This document shows positions 61,716 to 64,000 of a DNA stretch of 64,000 bases, piece after piece; position 1 is the first letter of the stretch; each line of letters begins with the position of its first letter. The notes below the pieces were generated by a model that did no database searches, was not told the origin of the DNA, and worked only from the letters and a program-made list of their open reading frames with translations. The position numbers and the translations under genes were made by a program. Source of the DNA: Trypanosoma brucei (taxonomy: Eukaryota). Where the stretch lies: positions 320,001-384,000 of the forward strand of contig CP000071.1 of the NCBI GenBank assembly GCA_000002445.1, given 5' to 3'.

Positions 61716-64000
61716 TCATACCATCCTTAATGTGTCATAAAGTTGTCGGGTGGAGCCCCGTTTCATATCGCGATCCGTCCATGCGCGGCGGAATGCATTA
61801 ACAACACGAGGTTTCTTCACATGCTCTGCCTGAAGTCTACGCCACCGCGACTGCGCACGCAACCGACCCGCAAGAAGCGAAGAGGCGTCACTTGTCCCGT
61901 CCGTCTCCCGCTGCCTCTGCTCCGCAGCCACCGAAACATCTTTGATGAGGCGAGAGGCACTACCGTCGACATTTCTACTATCTGGTATCAGTGCAAACAC
62001 AGGTTCCCTGATGCTCACCACCCGGCTCAAAATACCCACAACAAGTGAAATGGCAGCAATACCGATACTTACACCCCATTGCTTGATCGAAAGGGGACGG
62101 ACACCCATAAAGTCGTTAAAGGTGCAGATGGCCAACACTTGAAACGCAATGCACGAACCGACGACAACAATAAAAAATACCGACCGACCCATCCCTTCAA
62201 ACACATTAAGTTCTCGGTACAATTTGCGACAATTTAACATGTGGAATATAGTGCCGAAAACAAAAACGTTGAATAGAAATGTTCGGTGCAAATGCTTGCC
62301 ATTCTCATCCTCCCCAAAATACTTTCCACCAAACGTGAGCACAGAAAAGAAAGCAGTTAGCTGAACTGTGGCAACGGAAAAAATTGTGAACCACATTCGA
62401 CGTGAGACAAGGGGAGCTCGGGGGGAAGACGGACCACGATTTAAGCAATCCTCTGTCGGTTGCTCCGTTGCGAGAGCGAGCGCCGCAAGTGTGTCCATAA
62501 GAAGATTTACCCATAACAGCTGTACAGTCGTTAACGGTGAAGACTTACCCTCCCTCACGAGGGTACCTACAACAGTTACTAGAAAAGAAACAACGTTCAC
62601 GGTTAATTGCAGCTGCAGGAACTTGCGGATGTTGTCATTCACAGTCCGCCCCCAAACAACGGCACGCTGGACAGAACGGAAGTTGTCGTCTAAAAGCACA
62701 ATATCACCGGACTTCACCGCTATATCCGTGCCACTGCGCATCACAAAACCCACATTTGCAAGACGCAGCGCAGGGGCGTCATTTGTCCCATCACCAGTCA
62801 CAGCAACGACCTCACCACGGAGCATCAGCATCAGTACGAGCAGTTGCTTGTCCAGAGGCTGCGAACGCCCCATCACCATCATCCGGTCAAGAACAGGCCA
62901 GAACTTCTCCATGTTCGCCTCGTCACCATAAGTGTCATACACAAGGTTGCGGAAGTCCTTCCCAGTGAGCGCAAGATCACCACGCAGTCGATTGTAAATT
63001 CCACATTGCCGAGAAATTGCAACGGCTGTGTCGAGATTGTCACCCGTACACATCCTCACTGTCACTCCCGCACGCTGGCACATTCGCACAGCATCCACAA
63101 CCTCTGGACGAAGCGGGTCCTGGATGCCTAATAGTGCAAGCCACACAAATGGTCCCTCGGGTTCCTCCTCGGGAACCGCACCGTCCGTACCGATACGCCC
63201 GTATGCCACGCCGATTGTGCGATTTGCGTCCCCCGCTATTGACCGTATCTGCTCAGTGATCATCTCAGTTACCTCCTCCGTCAGCGGCTCCTCACGACCC
63301 TCTGACGACAAGTATCGGTTGCACATGCCAAGCACACGATCAGAGCCCCCTTTCACGTACTGCATCACAACTCCATCCGCACCTGCAACCACAGCAGTCA
63401 TAAACTTCCGTTCGCTCGTAAAAGGAAAGATGGCAAAGCCACGGCTGCGGTTTGTCATGCGTAACTTCTGGTGTGGAAGCTCCTTGTCATTACAACTACC
63501 CGGTACCGATATCAACACGCGATCCACAAAATCCAATATCGCTTGGTCAGTTTTGTTGCCCTTGTCGGTACGCCACGTCCATCGAGACAGTAAGTCAGAC
63601 TCAGCTCCCACATTACCTGGTAAAAGCTCCTTCTCACTCGAACTATTCAGTGCAAGACCAAGCATTAGTAACGACTGTGCATCACTAGACACACCCTCCA
63701 GATTAACCGTGGACGAGGGATCTCCGGGATTCGAGACACGGAACCGCCGCATCCCAATGTAACCTTGTACCACAGTCATACGATTCTGAGTCAGCGTCCC
63801 AGTTTTATCACTGCAAATCTGTGTTGCATTGCCCATTGTCTCACAAGCACACAAACGCCTCACCTGATTATTGTCCTTCTGCATCTGGTTCTGTGAGTAC
63901 GCAAGAGCAATCGTCACCGCCAACGGCAAGCCCTCTGGCACTGCGACGACAACAATCGTCACACAAAGTAGGAGAAAGTTCAGGAACTTCTTCGGGTAAA
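61716..64000 (-). CDS. PMCA/vacuolar-type Ca2+-ATPase, array copy C, 5'-truncated by the window edge (the N-terminal about 350 codons lie beyond 64000).
   Basis: The reading frame is open to the window end. The track's M at 63962 is an internal GTG, not a start. The C-terminal region matches copy B, and an internal segment around 63900..63960 matches copy A. Confidence 0.8.
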   Translation of the reverse strand, partial: YPKKFLNFLLLCVTIVVVAVPEGLPLAVTIALAYSQNQMQKDNNQVRRLCACETMGNATQICSDKTGTLTQNRMTVVQGYIGMRRFRVSNPGDPSSTVNLEGVSSDAQSLLMLGLALNSSSEKELLPGNVGAESDLLSRWTWRTDKGNKTDQAILDFVDRVLISVPGSCNDKELPHQKLRMTNRSRGFAIFPFTSERKFMTAVVAGADGVVMQYVKGGSDRVLGMCNRYLSSEGREEPLTEEVTEMITEQIRSIAGDANRTIGVAYGRIGTDGAVPEEEPEGPFVWLALLGIQDPLRPEVVDAVRMCQRAGVTVRMCTGDNLDTAVAISRQCGIYNRLRGDLALTGKDFRNLVYDTYGDEANMEKFWPVLDRMMVMGRSQPLDKQLLVLMLMLRGEVVAVTGDGTNDAPALRLANVGFVMRSGTDIAVKSGDIVLLDDNFRSVQRAVVWGRTVNDNIRKFLQLQLTVNVVSFLVTVVGTLVREGKSSPLTTVQLLWVNLLMDTLAALALATEQPTEDCLNRGPSSPRAPLVSRRMWFTIFSVATVQLTAFFSVLTFGGKYFGEDENGKHLHRTFLFNVFVFGTIFHMLNCRKLYRELNVFEGMGRSVFFIVVVGSCIAFQVLAICTFNDFMGVRPLSIKQWGVSIGIAAISLVVGILSRVVSIREPVFALIPDSRNVDGSASRLIKDVSVAAEQRQRETDGTSDASSLLAGRLRAQSRWRRLQAEHVKKPRVVNAFRRAWTDRDMKRGSTRQLYDTLRMV

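Larger units (their letters stand above)
50126..64000. repeat. Tandem segmental duplication: ~6.13 kb unit (Ca2+-ATPase, ~1.16 kb spacer, MPN gene, ~0.65 kb spacer) present about 2.4 times, with copies at ...50345..54421, 54422..60550 and 60551..64000+.
   Basis: The unit period is 6129 bp (MPN genes at 53426 and 59555; ATPase stops at 55582 and 61716). Near-100% DNA identity outside the defined patches can be seen by direct comparison of the lines. Confidence 0.9.

Noticed and set aside
1-64000. Interpretation as a prokaryotic defence island or operon holding a novel system.
   Set aside because: The genes are eukaryotic (centrin, RPS9, PMCA-type ATPase, PPP1R11, eIF3h-like, Cid1-family nucleotidyltransferase) and the intergenic regions are long and low-complexity. 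This is a kinetoplastid polycistron, so the unusual biology here is the recombining Ca2+-ATPase array and the structured intergenic elements rather than a new gene system.

Overview
The window appears to be kinetoplastid (Trypanosoma-type) nuclear DNA, not prokaryotic. All 20 credible protein-coding genes lie on the minus strand, tightly spaced, with no introns and no strand switch. Intergenic regions are low-complexity, with purine-rich tracts on the + strand (pyrimidine tracts for trans-splicing on the coding strand) and (CA)n/(TA)n microsatellites. The gene order (PFK-2/FBPase-2, centrin, Cid1-family nucleotidyltransferase, kinase, RPS9, PPP phosphatase, then three tandem PMCA-type Ca2+-ATPases alternating with an MPN/eIF3h-like gene) matches what I remember of a T. 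brucei chromosome 8 region with the vacuolar/PMCA-type Ca2+-ATPases TbPMC1 and TbPMC2. That identification is inference from memory, not a database hit. The supplied ORF track uses GTG/TTG as starts, so I trimmed most N-termini to the first in-frame ATG, which I checked in the sequence as 'cat' on the + strand. I found no tRNA, rRNA, SL RNA, CRISPR, transposon or phage-like content. The most interesting structure is the 3' third of the window: a roughly 6.13 kb tandem array (Ca2+-ATPase plus MPN gene, about 2.4 copies). It is almost identical in DNA except for short in-frame replacement patches and a divergent C-terminal region in copy 1, so the three ATPase paralogues are a gene-conversion patchwork. 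Other notable items are a near-perfect 21-bp-stem hairpin in an intergenic region, a clear PPP1R11/Ypi1 (PP1 inhibitor-3) homologue, a very large PPP phosphatase with a Cys/His-rich N-terminal module and C-terminal 33-bp tandem repeats, two presequence/J-domain/transmembrane proteins, and a 2653-aa WD-repeat protein. I see no evidence for a novel prokaryote-style system and say so.
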